Notes: a model not told the origin generated them from the sequence alone. 64,000 nt of DNA from Ferrovibrio sp. (GCF_041906005.1 NZ_JAYRJY010000003.1:3724-67723); one strand, 5' to 3'; positions 1-8,950 are shown, counted from the stretch's first letter. Numbers and translations are program-made.

Positions 1-1270
1 GGTCCTTGTCCTGCAGCACGCGGACATTGGCGGCCGGATCGCCATCGACCAGCAGCAGATCGGCCAGATAGCCTTCGCGGATCTGCCCCAATTCGTGGCC
101 CATGCCCATGATCTCGCCGCCATAGCGGGTGCCGGCGATGATGGCTTCCATCGGCGAGAAGCCCAGCATGTCGACGAAATATTCGAGGTCCTTGGCGTTG
201 GTGCCTTGCGGCGTCCAGGCAAAGCCGTAATCGCCGCCGATGAGGACGCGGATGCCGCGGCGATGCATCTTCTTCATCGTGTCGATCGCGCGCTCAAGCT
301 CCCGTTCATAGAGCATGGAGATTTCCGAACCCGGCTTGATGCCATATTCGCCGGCATTCCTGGCCGTGCCGATGAGCCAGGCGATTCCAGGTGCCACGAA
401 ATGCTTGTCCCTGGCCGCTTCCAGCATGTCGAGCGTCTGCTCGTCGCAGAAGGAGGCGTGATAGATGATCTGGATGCCGTGGCGGATGCATTGCTGCACC
501 GATTTCGACGAGCGCGCATGCGCCGAGAGCCATTTGTTGCGGGCGCGCGCTTCCTGCGCCGCCATCGCCACCTCTTCTTCCGACATCGGCGTTTCCTCGG
601 CGCCCATGCCGGTGATCTCCTCGCCGGAGAGGTTGAGCTTGATGGTATCGACGCCGTATTTGATCAGCATGCGGACGGTGGCGCGCACCTCTTCCGGCCC
701 GGAGATCACCATGCCGAGATTGAGGCCCGGATGCGGCATGTGCGGCAAGGTGAAGTCGCCAAGACCGCCGACCGTGGTGATTTCAGGGCCGGATGCCGTG
801 TAGCGCGGACCGGGAATTCGCCCGGCATTGATGAAGTCGCGCACCGCGACGTCCAGGCGCGGCTTGGCCGCAGCGGCGCCGCGCCCGGCGGTGAAGCCGG
901 CATCGAGCACCACCTTGGCCATTTCAGCGGTGACGAGCGTATGCTCCTCTACCGGCATTTTCTGAATGGGATCAATGCCCGGCGCATTGTTCCAGGAAAG
1001 ATGGAGATGTGCGTCGATGAGACCCGGCATCAAAGTGGCGCCCATGCCGTCGATGGTGGTGCTACCGCCGCCGATCGTGCCGCCGGCGCTGCTGCCGAAG
1101 CGCGAGCTGCCCTTCGTCACCTGCTTGATGCGGTTGCCTTGCACCAGCACTTCGCCGGTATAGGGATAGTCACCCGACCCGTCGAGGATGCGCACATTCG
1201 TGAAAAGAACGGAGTCAGAGTCCCGCCCGTTCGATCCCCAGCGATTGCTGGAGCTGCCATTGTCCGCCAT
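1..1270 (-). CDS. Metal-dependent amidohydrolase (Xaa-Pro dipeptidase-like subfamily), runs off the window edge
   Basis: Not in the ORF track because it has no stop inside the window. Hand translation from ATG 1270 (SD GGGAGG) gives VLFTNVRILDG...LMPGLIDAHLH (HxH), TIKLNLSG, SAHAR, IYHAS, GGDYG and GYLADLLLVDGDP, the amidohydrolase motif set. Confidence 0.9.
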   Translation of the reverse strand, partial: MADNGSSSNRWGSNGRDSDSVLFTNVRILDGSGDYPYTGEVLVQGNRIKQVTKGSSRFGSSAGGTIGGGSTTIDGMGATLMPGLIDAHLHLSWNNAPGIDPIQKMPVEEHTLVTAEMAKVVLDAGFTAGRGAAAAKPRLDVAVRDFINAGRIPGPRYTASGPEITTVGGLGDFTLPHMPHPGLNLGMVISGPEEVRATVRMLIKYGVDTIKLNLSGEEITGMGAEETPMSEEEVAMAAQEARARNKWLSAHARSSKSVQQCIRHGIQIIYHASFCDEQTLDMLEAARDKHFVAPGIAWLIGTARNAGEYGIKPGSEISMLYERELERAIDTMKKMHRRGIRVLIGGDYGFAWTPQGTNAKDLEYFVDMLGFSPMEAIIAGTRYGGEIMGMGHELGQIREGYLADLLLVDGDPAANVRVLQDKD

Positions 1271-1380
1271 CAAGCCCTCCCAGACTTTCGTTGTCGCCCC
1301 TCGTGGCTCTCGGCGCTGTGGCGCCGGATGCTCTTCTCTAAGGGATCAACTGCAAGCACTTAAGTTAAGCACATCTCCCG

Positions 1381-2154
1381 TCAGACGCGCCTCAGGAAAT
1401 TAGCAATCTTTTCGCTGCATTCAGCGGGTTTCTCGACTGTGGCCCAGTGGCCACAACGGTCGAGCAGATGCATGCTGGCCCCCGCAACACGGTCGCCGAT
1501 GAGTTGCGCCATGCTGGGCGGCGCTACCACGTCGGAATCGCCGGTCACCAGCAAAGTCGGCGCCTTGATGCGTTTGTGATCGACTGCCTGAAATTTAGAC
1601 AGCGCCTCGCAATGCTTGGCATAGCCCAGCGGGTCCTGGCGCATGATGGTCTCGCGCACGAAGGCAATGGCGGCCGGCCGGGTTGCTTTCGTTTCCGCCG
1701 AGACTGTGGCGTTAATGATCTGCTCGGCAATCGGCTCCATCCCCTGCTCGCGTGCCAGCCACGCCCGCGCCATCAGCCCGGTGCGGGCGGCCTCCGGCGG
1801 TTCCACCAGGGCGCCGAAGAGGGACAGCGACTGCACGCAGGCGCCATGTTCGACCGCAATCTGCTGGCAGATCAGCGTACCCATGGAATGGCCGACGAAA
1901 TGCGCCTTTTCGACACCCAGCGTTTTCGCCGCCGAAAGCACCGCGTTGGTGAATTTCTCAATACTGAGATCGTCATGCGGCACACGCGACCGGCCGGCAC
2001 CTGGCAGATCGACCCGGATGACGCGAAAGCCGGCCAGCGCATTCATCAGGGGCTGGAAGGTGTTGCTGGTGCCGCCAAGCCCGTGGATCATCACCACGGG
2101 GAAACCCTCGCCGGCCACCTCCGCCGTGATCTGGCCGAGATCGACGCTGCTCAT
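1381..2154 (-). CDS. Alpha/beta-fold hydrolase
   Basis: HGLGG oxyanion motif, GHSMG nucleophile elbow, GDSD acid and CGHW His; ATGA overlap with the upstream FAH gene. Confidence 0.9.
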   Translation of the reverse strand: MSSVDLGQITAEVAGEGFPVVMIHGLGGTSNTFQPLMNALAGFRVIRVDLPGAGRSRVPHDDLSIEKFTNAVLSAAKTLGVEKAHFVGHSMGTLICQQIAVEHGACVQSLSLFGALVEPPEAARTGLMARAWLAREQGMEPIAEQIINATVSAETKATRPAAIAFVRETIMRQDPLGYAKHCEALSKFQAVDHKRIKAPTLLVTGDSDVVAPPSMAQLIGDRVAGASMHLLDRCGHWATVEKPAECSEKIANFLRRV

Positions 2155-3023
2155 GCGGCAATATCCTCGAAACGGTTCTCGAGCGCGCCGATTCCATCGA
2201 TTTCAACCCGGACGACGTCGCCGGATTTCAGGTAACGCGGCGGGTTGAAGCCGATACCGACACCGGCCGGCGTGCCGGTGGCGATGATATCGCCCGGTTT
2301 CAGGCTCAAGCCGGCGGAAATGGTGGCGATCAGGGTCGGCACGTCGAAGATCAGCAGGCCGGTATTGGAATTCTGCCGCAGATCCCCGTTGACGAAGCAG
2401 CGAATGGCCGTATTGCCGATGTCGATCTCGTCCTTGGTCACGGCCCAGGGACCCATCGGGCAGAAGGTGTCCTGCGACTTGCCCACCAGCCACTGGCTGT
2501 AGCGTCCCTGGAGATCGCGCGCCGTCACATCGTTGACGATGGTATAGCCCCAGACATGGTCGAGCGCCTTTTCCTTGGAGATCCCGCGCCCGCCTTTGCC
2601 GATGATGACGGCCAGTTCCGCCTCGTAGTCGATGGCGGTCGAAACCTTGGCATCGATCAGCACTTTGGCCTGGTTCGGAATGACCGTCTCCGGCACCTTG
2701 GAGAAGATTATCGGTTCCTTCGGCACGGCGCCGGCCGCAGCACTGGAATCGAAGCCGCTCTTGGCGAATTCGTGGGCATGTTCGTGATAATTCTTGCCGA
2801 CGCAGAAGATGTTGCGGCGCGGGCGCGGCATGGGCGCTTCCAATGCGACCCGGTCGAGGGCGATCGGCGACAGGGTTGCCGGGACCGAGCCGCGTTCGAT
2901 GAGCGCCAGGATGCCTTCGCGCGCGGCATCGACCGGCAGATCGAACGGCCGGACTTCGCCGGCGGCCAGATCGACCAGACCGACGCGGCGTTCACCGCCC
3001 ACGGAGAATGTGGCAATGCGCAT
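2151..3023 (-). CDS. Fumarylacetoacetate hydrolase family protein
   Basis: CVGKNY, DYEAEL, NDVTARD, GKSQDTFCPMGP and GDIIATGTPAGVG motifs. Start placed at ATG 3023 (SD GGGGAGG) rather than 3053. Confidence 0.92.
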   Translation of the reverse strand: MRIATFSVGGERRVGLVDLAAGEVRPFDLPVDAAREGILALIERGSVPATLSPIALDRVALEAPMPRPRRNIFCVGKNYHEHAHEFAKSGFDSSAAAGAVPKEPIIFSKVPETVIPNQAKVLIDAKVSTAIDYEAELAVIIGKGGRGISKEKALDHVWGYTIVNDVTARDLQGRYSQWLVGKSQDTFCPMGPWAVTKDEIDIGNTAIRCFVNGDLRQNSNTGLLIFDVPTLIATISAGLSLKPGDIIATGTPAGVGIGFNPPRYLKSGDVVRVEIDGIGALENRFEDIAA

Positions 3024-3044
3024 GAATTCCTCCCCGGAACCTAT

Positions 3045-3166
3045 TTGAGCCATTCGGCGTCTGATTGGTTCAAGTTAAGAGCTTTTAGGCGCCACTGGCA
3101 AGACCAATTCGCATTTTCCGTGGACGAGTGGCCTGAATCATGCTAATTGGCTCAACATTGGATCAA
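3045..3166. promoter_or_regulatory. Candidate GntR/FadR operator half-sites (AWTGGNTCAA x4)
   Basis: Reverse copy at 3045-3054; forward copies ATTGGTTCAA 3064-3073, ATTGGCTCAA 3146-3155 and ATTGGATCAA 3157-3166, all in the divergent FAH/GntR intergenic region. Confidence 0.55.
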
Positions 3167-3178
3167 ACGAGCAAGACC

Positions 3179-3850
3179 ATGCCGAAACCGATTGCCGCCG
3201 ATATTGCCCGCAGCTTGCAGCAGCGCATCGACGCCGGCGAATGGGCCGATGGGCGCCAGGTACCGCCGGAGCGCGACCTCGCCGCCGATTTCGGCGTAGC
3301 CCGGAACACGATCCGCCGCGCAATGGACATGCTGCGCGATCAGGGAACGATTTCGCGCCATGTCGGGCGCGGCACCTTCGTCGCCAACGGCGCCAAGCAT
3401 TCCCTGAGCGAGATCGTTGCCGGCATGGAAGGGGCGAGCCCCGCCGACATGATGGAACTGCGCCTGCTGCTGGAACCCTTGTCGTCGGCCAATGCCGCGA
3501 TCAATGCCAGCGCGGCACAACTCGCCGGCATCGAGGAAGCGCACCGCGAGGCCAATGCCGCCACCGACATCATGACGTTCGAGCAGTGGGATTCAGCCCT
3601 GCACCACCGCATCTTTGCCTGCTCACGCAACGAATTGCTGCGCGGCATCTATGATCTCCTCCATGTCCTGCGCAATCAATCGCCCTGGTTCGACATGAAG
3701 AAGCGCTCCTTTTCGGAGGAGCGGCGGCAGAATTACTGCCAGCAGCACGACGCGATCGTGACGGCGATCCTCAACCGCGATCCGGAAGCGGCGCGCGCGG
3801 CGACGCTGGCGCATCTGAAGACGGTCGAGGCCAACCTGCTGGGGCGTTAG
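3179..3850 (+). CDS. GntR family regulator (FadR/FCD subfamily)
   Basis: wHTH VPPERDLAADFGVARNTIRRA and GRGTFV; FCD domain with DSALHHRI and QHDAIV. Alternative start at 3140. Confidence 0.92.
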   Translation: MPKPIAADIARSLQQRIDAGEWADGRQVPPERDLAADFGVARNTIRRAMDMLRDQGTISRHVGRGTFVANGAKHSLSEIVAGMEGASPADMMELRLLLEPLSSANAAINASAAQLAGIEEAHREANAATDIMTFEQWDSALHHRIFACSRNELLRGIYDLLHVLRNQSPWFDMKKRSFSEERRQNYCQQHDAIVTAILNRDPEAARAATLAHLKTVEANLLGR

Positions 3851-4905
3851 TGCTTCAACATCGCCTGGCGCCAGACGCGCGGGCTCGTCCCGGCCCAGCG
3901 CGTGAAGGCACGGGTGAAGGCGGAAAGCTCGGAATAGCCGAGCAATAAGGCAATCTCGCTCAAGGGCAGCTGGCTTTGCTGCAGATAATGCCGGGCGAGG
4001 TCGAAACGGGTCACTTCGACGGCCTCGCGATAGCCCATGCCGGCATCGGCCAGGGCACGCTGGATCGCATGCGGGCTGAGACGCAGCGTGTGAGCCACCT
4101 GTTCCAGCGTCGGCGCCCCTTCGGCCAGACGCAGCCGCACGGCACCGCGCACCCGGTCTATGAGCGAATCCGGCCGATCGCGGGACCCCAGCGATTCCAG
4201 GCAGGTCTGCATCATGGTGAGGAGTTTGAGGTCGCGGCCCGGCATCGGCCGGCTGAGCAGATCGGCATCGAAGATGATGGCATTGGTGGCGCAGCCGAAG
4301 AAAACCGGCGCGCCGAACGCCATCTCATGCTGCCGCCAATCGGGGGGCCGTGGATGCTCGAACTGGATTTCCAGCGGCGACCAATGCTTGCCGCAACATT
4401 CGCGGATGATGTTGGTGAATTGCCCCAAAGAGAGCTCGGCATCCTGGCGCCGGGCCACAATCGAGGGGGAAATAATCTGATATTCCAGGCGCATGCGCTT
4501 GTCCCCATCGCGCCGCAGCGACATCACGGACGAGCTTTGCTGGAAACGGAACAAGCCGACCAGATTTTCGAGAGCGCTGCCGAGGGTGGGCGAGGACAAG
4601 GAGGCATAGCCCCACATCCCCAGATCGCGCGGGGAGAATTGCTGGCCGAACCAGAGGCCGAAATTGTCACGGCCGGTCTGGCGGGCGGCCTCCTCGAACA
4701 GGGCGCAATAGGCGGCAAGGCGCAATTGCAGGGTCGGGGCCGCGGTCATTTCCGGCGCCAGGCCGCAATTGCCGAAGATGGAATCCACATCCCCGCCCTG
4801 GGCGTCGATGAATTCCACCAGACCGGCGGCGGCGGCGGAGAGCACGACCGGTGCCTTGTCGGCACTGCCCGCGTCTGAATTCGCCCGTCCGCCCAATTGG
4901 ATCAT
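3847..4905 (-). CDS. AraC family activator 1 (long ligand-binding domain, possibly QhpR-like)
   Basis: C-terminal EIALLLGYSELSAFTRAFTRWAGTSP AraC signature; divergent from the dehydratase operon. Confidence 0.9.
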   Translation of the reverse strand: MIQLGGRANSDAGSADKAPVVLSAAAAGLVEFIDAQGGDVDSIFGNCGLAPEMTAAPTLQLRLAAYCALFEEAARQTGRDNFGLWFGQQFSPRDLGMWGYASLSSPTLGSALENLVGLFRFQQSSSVMSLRRDGDKRMRLEYQIISPSIVARRQDAELSLGQFTNIIRECCGKHWSPLEIQFEHPRPPDWRQHEMAFGAPVFFGCATNAIIFDADLLSRPMPGRDLKLLTMMQTCLESLGSRDRPDSLIDRVRGAVRLRLAEGAPTLEQVAHTLRLSPHAIQRALADAGMGYREAVEVTRFDLARHYLQQSQLPLSEIALLLGYSELSAFTRAFTRWAGTSPRVWRQAMLKH

Positions 4906-4948
4906 GAAACCGTCCCTGATGGCTGGCTGTCATCGATAAGGGTCAGGA

Positions 4949-4977
4949 ATGATGGCATGGTGCCAGCCATGCTGCAA
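4949..4977 (-). promoter_or_regulatory. Putative sigma70 promoter of AraC1
   Basis: Minus strand TTGCAG-N17-CATCAT; the block ATGATGGCATGGYGC is also found upstream of AraC2. Confidence 0.4.
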
Positions 4978-5003
4978 GGCAGCAAGGCTCTCCTGAAGAA
5001 GAC

Positions 5004-5059
5004 GCTGTCAAACATGGTGGGTTTTCGGTCAAGCCGGCGGCGGGCCGTGATATTAGCCT
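5004..5059 (+). promoter_or_regulatory. AraC-type tandem site plus -10 element for the dehydratase operon
   Basis: TGTCAA 5006-5011, GGTCAA 5027-5032 (21-bp period) and TAGCCT 5054-5059; same architecture at 9712 and 15925. Confidence 0.7.
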
Positions 5060-5110
5060 GTCCGTAAAATCACAGAAATCTGCCCAAGGAACAGGCTGGG
5101 AGAATAAAGC

Positions 5111-7390
5111 ATGAGCGAGCGCCCGCAACAGAACGCCAATCGCTGGCGGCGCTTTGCCGATTGGGACGAACGGCCTCTGCGCCTCGATCGTTTCGCGGTG
5201 GAGGACCCCGAGAACGGCTTTGCCGCCTTCAAGGGTGCCAAGGACCCCAAGCCCGGCCTGGCCATTGCAGAGGGCAGGGTGGTGTCGATGGACGGCATCC
5301 CGGCGGCCGAATTCGACATGATCGATCATTTCGTCGCTCATCATCATCTCGATCTCGACCTCGCCCCGCAAGCGATGGCGATCCCCTCTGCCGACATCGC
5401 CCGCATGCTGGTCGACATTGCCGTGCCACGGACCGAACTGGCGCGCCTTGCCCATGGCCTCACCCCCGCTAAGCTTGCCGAGGTGGTGGCACAGCTCTCG
5501 GCGATCGAGCTCGCTTTCGCTTTCTCGAAGATGCGCACCCGCAAGACGCCCGGCAATCAGGGCCATGTCACCAATGCCAAGGACGACCCGCTGCAATTGG
5601 CGGCGGATGCCGCGACGGCGGTCGCTTTCGGCTTCGACGAGGTCGAGACGACCATGCGCGTCGCGAGGAATGCCTGGTCGAACGCTCTGGCCTGCGCCGT
5701 GGGTGCCTCGGTCGGCCGTTGGGGCACGCTTTTTCAATGTTCCAGCGAAGAATCCGAGGAATTGCAGATCGGCATGGCGGGCTTCACATCCTATGCCGAG
5801 ACGGTTTCCGTCTATGGGACGGAGCGCGCTTTTACCGACGGCGACGACACGCCCTGGTCGAAAGCGTTCCTGGCCGCTGCCTATGCCAGCCGCGGCATCA
5901 AGATGCGCTGCACGTCAGGGGCCGCATCCGAACTGCTGATGGGATTCCATGAATCGAAGTCCCTCCTTTATCTGGAAGCCCGCTGCCTGTGCCTGCAGCG
6001 TGCCATGGGCGTGCAGGGGACGCAGAATGGCGGCATCGATGGGGCCCCCCTGGCCTCGACCATGCCGGGCGGTGTCCGGGAGCTGATGGCGGAAAATCTC
6101 ATCGCTGTCTGGCTCGACCTCGAATGCGCCACCGGCAATGATGCGCGGCATTCGGAATCGGAAATCCGGGTGGGAGCCAAGATCCTGCCCTTCCTCATCG
6201 CCGGGTCCGATTTCATCTGCTCCGGCATGGGGTCGATCCTCGCCTATGACAATTCCTTCAACCCCTCCTCCTTCAATGGCGAGGAGATGGAGGATTTTCT
6301 GGTGCTGCAGCGCGATTTCGAGGCCGATGGCGGGCTGACCTCGGTCGGCGAATCCCGCGCCCTGGAACTGCGCCGGCGGGCGACCGATGCGCTGGGCGCG
6401 GTGTTCGAGGAGTTGGGCCTTGGCACGCCGAGCGCTGCAATGAAGCGCAGCGTCGTTGTGGCCTCCGGCTCCAACGAGACCGAGAGCTATCTGCCGCGCG
6501 ACGTCACCCTCATCAGCGAGAAAATCAAGGCGCGCGGGATCAACGTGCTCGACGTCATCAAGGCGCTGGCCGTGCGCGGCTTCCGGGAGGAAGCACAGAA
6601 TCTCCTCAATGTCGTGCGCCTGCGGGTGTCGGGCGATTATCTGCAGACGGCGGCGGTGGTACGCCAGGGACATGTCATCAGCGCCGTCAACGATCCCAAC
6701 GACTATGGCGGACCCGGCACCGGCTATCGGCTGAGCGGCCAGCGCCGCCAGGAACTGGCCGCTATCCGCGATGTGCTGACGCGCGAGGAGGTCTTGCGCA
6801 CAGAAGCCACCTTCGCCGGTGCCGAGAACCGGCGCATCCGCTACCGAGCCTTGGGCGATGCGGCAACGAGCGGGCCGAAAAACGAGATCGTCATTGGCGT
6901 CAGCCCAGCCTTCGGTCTGAAGCTCTTCCGGACATTGGCCGGCCATCCGCTTTCCGCCGTGCTGCGGGCGATGAGCGAGGGTATTGCCGAAAAGGGCGGC
7001 GTTGCCCGCATCGTGCGCATGCGACACACGGCCGATACCTCGTTCCTGGGGCTGAGTGCAGCGCGCCTCGCCGGCTCCGGTATCGGCATCGGCATCCAGG
7101 CCAAGGGGACCGCCGTCATCCACCAGGCCGACCGCCTGCCCCATCACAATCTGGAACTGTTCTCCAACGCGCCGATCACGTCGCTTGCGCATTACCGAAA
7201 GCTTGGGCAGAACGCGACCGCTTACGCCAAGGGCGAATTGCCGGAGCCGGTCGTGGTGCCGACCGAGGGCGAGGCCATGGGAGCCCGCTTCCATGCCCAG
7301 GTGGCCCTTATCTATGCGATCGAGACCTCGCTCGCGCAGGACGGCGCCAAGCCTGAGGAAATCGAGATCGCCTTCCTGGAGGTTCAATAA
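5111..7390 (+). CDS. Adenosylcobalamin-dependent diol/glycerol dehydratase, fused large (alpha) and medium (beta) subunits
   Basis: Alpha motifs QGHVTN, FDEVETT, YAETVSVYGTE, FTDGDDTPWSK and SAVNDPNDYGGPGTGYRL; from about residue 575, beta motifs EIVIGVSPAFG, GSGIGIGIQAKGTAVIHQ and NLELFSNAP. Confidence 0.95.
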   Translation: MSERPQQNANRWRRFADWDERPLRLDRFAVEDPENGFAAFKGAKDPKPGLAIAEGRVVSMDGIPAAEFDMIDHFVAHHHLDLDLAPQAMAIPSADIARMLVDIAVPRTELARLAHGLTPAKLAEVVAQLSAIELAFAFSKMRTRKTPGNQGHVTNAKDDPLQLAADAATAVAFGFDEVETTMRVARNAWSNALACAVGASVGRWGTLFQCSSEESEELQIGMAGFTSYAETVSVYGTERAFTDGDDTPWSKAFLAAAYASRGIKMRCTSGAASELLMGFHESKSLLYLEARCLCLQRAMGVQGTQNGGIDGAPLASTMPGGVRELMAENLIAVWLDLECATGNDARHSESEIRVGAKILPFLIAGSDFICSGMGSILAYDNSFNPSSFNGEEMEDFLVLQRDFEADGGLTSVGESRALELRRRATDALGAVFEELGLGTPSAAMKRSVVVASGSNETESYLPRDVTLISEKIKARGINVLDVIKALAVRGFREEAQNLLNVVRLRVSGDYLQTAAVVRQGHVISAVNDPNDYGGPGTGYRLSGQRRQELAAIRDVLTREEVLRTEATFAGAENRRIRYRALGDAATSGPKNEIVIGVSPAFGLKLFRTLAGHPLSAVLRAMSEGIAEKGGVARIVRMRHTADTSFLGLSAARLAGSGIGIGIQAKGTAVIHQADRLPHHNLELFSNAPITSLAHYRKLGQNATAYAKGELPEPVVVPTEGEAMGARFHAQVALIYAIETSLAQDGAKPEEIEIAFLEVQ

Positions 7391-7815
7391 TGGCCCGGAT
7401 CGACGATGTTGCCGATTATCCACTCGCCGAGAACCGGCCCGACCTGGTCAAAACCGCGCGCGGCAAGGCGCTGGAAGAACTCACGCTCGATGCCGTCATG
7501 GCCGGCGAGGTGACATTGGAAGATCTGCGCATCACCCCCCAGGCACTCAAGGACCAGGCGCGCGTGGCAACCCTGGCCGGCCGGCCGACCCTGGGGCGCA
7601 ATTTCGAGCGCGCCGCCGAACTGGTGGCAGTGCCGCAGGAGTTCCTGCTGCAGGTCTACGAACTGCTGCGTCCGGGCCGCGCCAAGACAAAGGCCGATCT
7701 GCTGGATGCCGCCAAGATCTTGCGTACGATCTATAAGGCGGAAAAGATGGCCACCTTTGTTGAGGAAGCAGCGGAAGTTTACGAAAAACGTGGCCTCTTT
7801 ACCTTCCGGTTTTGA
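7390..7815 (+). CDS. pduE: Diol/glycerol dehydratase small (gamma) subunit
   Basis: DYPLAE, DLRITPQAL, NFERAAELVAVP, YELLRPGR and EAAEVY motifs; 141 aa, translationally coupled to the fusion gene. Confidence 0.92.
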   Translation: MARIDDVADYPLAENRPDLVKTARGKALEELTLDAVMAGEVTLEDLRITPQALKDQARVATLAGRPTLGRNFERAAELVAVPQEFLLQVYELLRPGRAKTKADLLDAAKILRTIYKAEKMATFVEEAAEVYEKRGLFTFRF

Positions 7816-7915
7816 ACGACGCTGATGGATATGCGGCCCCCTCTCCGCGTGATATCCTTCTTACGTGCATACTGAACACACATGCACGCATTGGATACAT
7901 GGATGGAGGCATTCG

Positions 7916-8158
7916 ATGATAATATATGAGTTGATTGCCGCGGTTCCTGCGGGACCGGGGCATCCTGGGCACACCGTTCTCGCATTGAAACAAGGATCGC
8001 CTTTCATGGCGGCAAATGTAGGCGACTATTTCGATGTTGCCGATCCAGCCGGTACGCCCAACTATAGAATTACCGCAATCCGTCACGACATCTTCAAAGG
8101 ACCCGGCGGCCCGGATACCCATGTGTGCCGCACCTCGCTTGCACTGGGCATTGTCTAG
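7916..8158 (+). CDS. Small hypothetical protein (80 aa)
   Basis: Strong SD GGAGG 6 nt before ATG 7916; fills an otherwise empty gap; no family recognised. Confidence 0.55.
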   Translation: MIIYELIAAVPAGPGHPGHTVLALKQGSPFMAANVGDYFDVADPAGTPNYRITAIRHDIFKGPGGPDTHVCRTSLALGIV

Positions 8159-8182
8159 TCTTCTCAATTAGCCAAAAGCGAC

Positions 8183-8232
8183 TGCTCAGCATGATCTACA
8201 TTGCCGATCGCCCAAAATGATCATGCTGAGCA
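8183..8232. repeat. Perfect 14-bp inverted repeat
   Basis: TGCTCAGCATGATC 8183-8196 and GATCATGCTGAGCA 8219-8232, 22-nt spacer. Confidence 0.85.
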
Positions 8233-8254
8233 CCGCTCTACTACGAGCAAAGTC

Positions 8255-8950
8255 ATGAACTGGAAGACGCGACACCGATCCTTCTATTACCAAGGCGCGC
8301 CGGAGCCCGACGATCTTGCCTTCAAGCCCGCCGAGACGGCGCTCCTGGTCATCGATGTGCAGAACACCTATCTGGAACGGCCGGAGCGAGCCACGCTCGA
8401 TGCTGCCGGCAAGGCGCATTTCGACGCCTGGACGCCGTTTCACGAACGCATGAACGGCATGGTCATCCCGCGCACGGCGGAACTGCTGCGCCTGGCGCGC
8501 AAGCACGGTATCGAATGCCTGTTTGCGCGCATCGCCTGCCGGACCAAGGATGGCCGCGACCGGTCGTTGAGCCAGAAGATGCCCGGCTGGAACAATCTGC
8601 TGCTGCCCAAGAACGAGCATGCGTCGCAACTGGTGCCGCAACTGGAGCCCCAAGGCGACGAGATTGTCGTCACCAAGACAACCGACAGCGCGCTCACGGG
8701 CACCAACCTGCGCCTAATCCTGCACAATCTGGGCATCAGAAACGTCATCTGCGCCGGCATCTTCACCGACCAATGCGTCTCCTCGACCGTGCGGAGCCTC
8801 GCCGACGAAAGCTTCCAGGTCGTGGTGCTGGAGGATTGCTGCGCCGCCGGCTCAGATACGCTGCACGAACAGGAACTGGCGATCATCAACATGATCTACT
8901 GCCATGTCATGACCGCCGACGAACTCAAAGCGATGATGAAACTCACATGA
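8255..8950 (+). CDS. Isochorismatase-family cysteine hydrolase (amidase)
   Basis: Asp-Lys-Cys triad in VIDVQN, VVTKTT and GIFTDQCV; ATG 8255 preferred over the TTG at 8201. Confidence 0.9.
   Translation: MNWKTRHRSFYYQGAPEPDDLAFKPAETALLVIDVQNTYLERPERATLDAAGKAHFDAWTPFHERMNGMVIPRTAELLRLARKHGIECLFARIACRTKDGRDRSLSQKMPGWNNLLLPKNEHASQLVPQLEPQGDEIVVTKTTDSALTGTNLRLILHNLGIRNVICAGIFTDQCVSSTVRSLADESFQVVVLEDCCAAGSDTLHEQELAIINMIYCHVMTADELKAMMKLT

Noticed and set aside
4952-4970. TGGCAT/TGGCAC as a sigma54 promoter
   Set aside because: No correctly spaced -12 GC element on either strand; better explained as part of the duplicated AraC promoter block.
4906-5110. Cobalamin riboswitch upstream of the B12-dependent dehydratase
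   Set aside because: The leader is only about 45 nt after the predicted -10, and I see no B12-box or conserved riboswitch core; an Rfam scan would settle it.
7864-7888. CGTGCAT-N11-ATGCACG inverted repeat
   Set aside because: 7-bp arms are within chance expectation and there is no second copy in the window.
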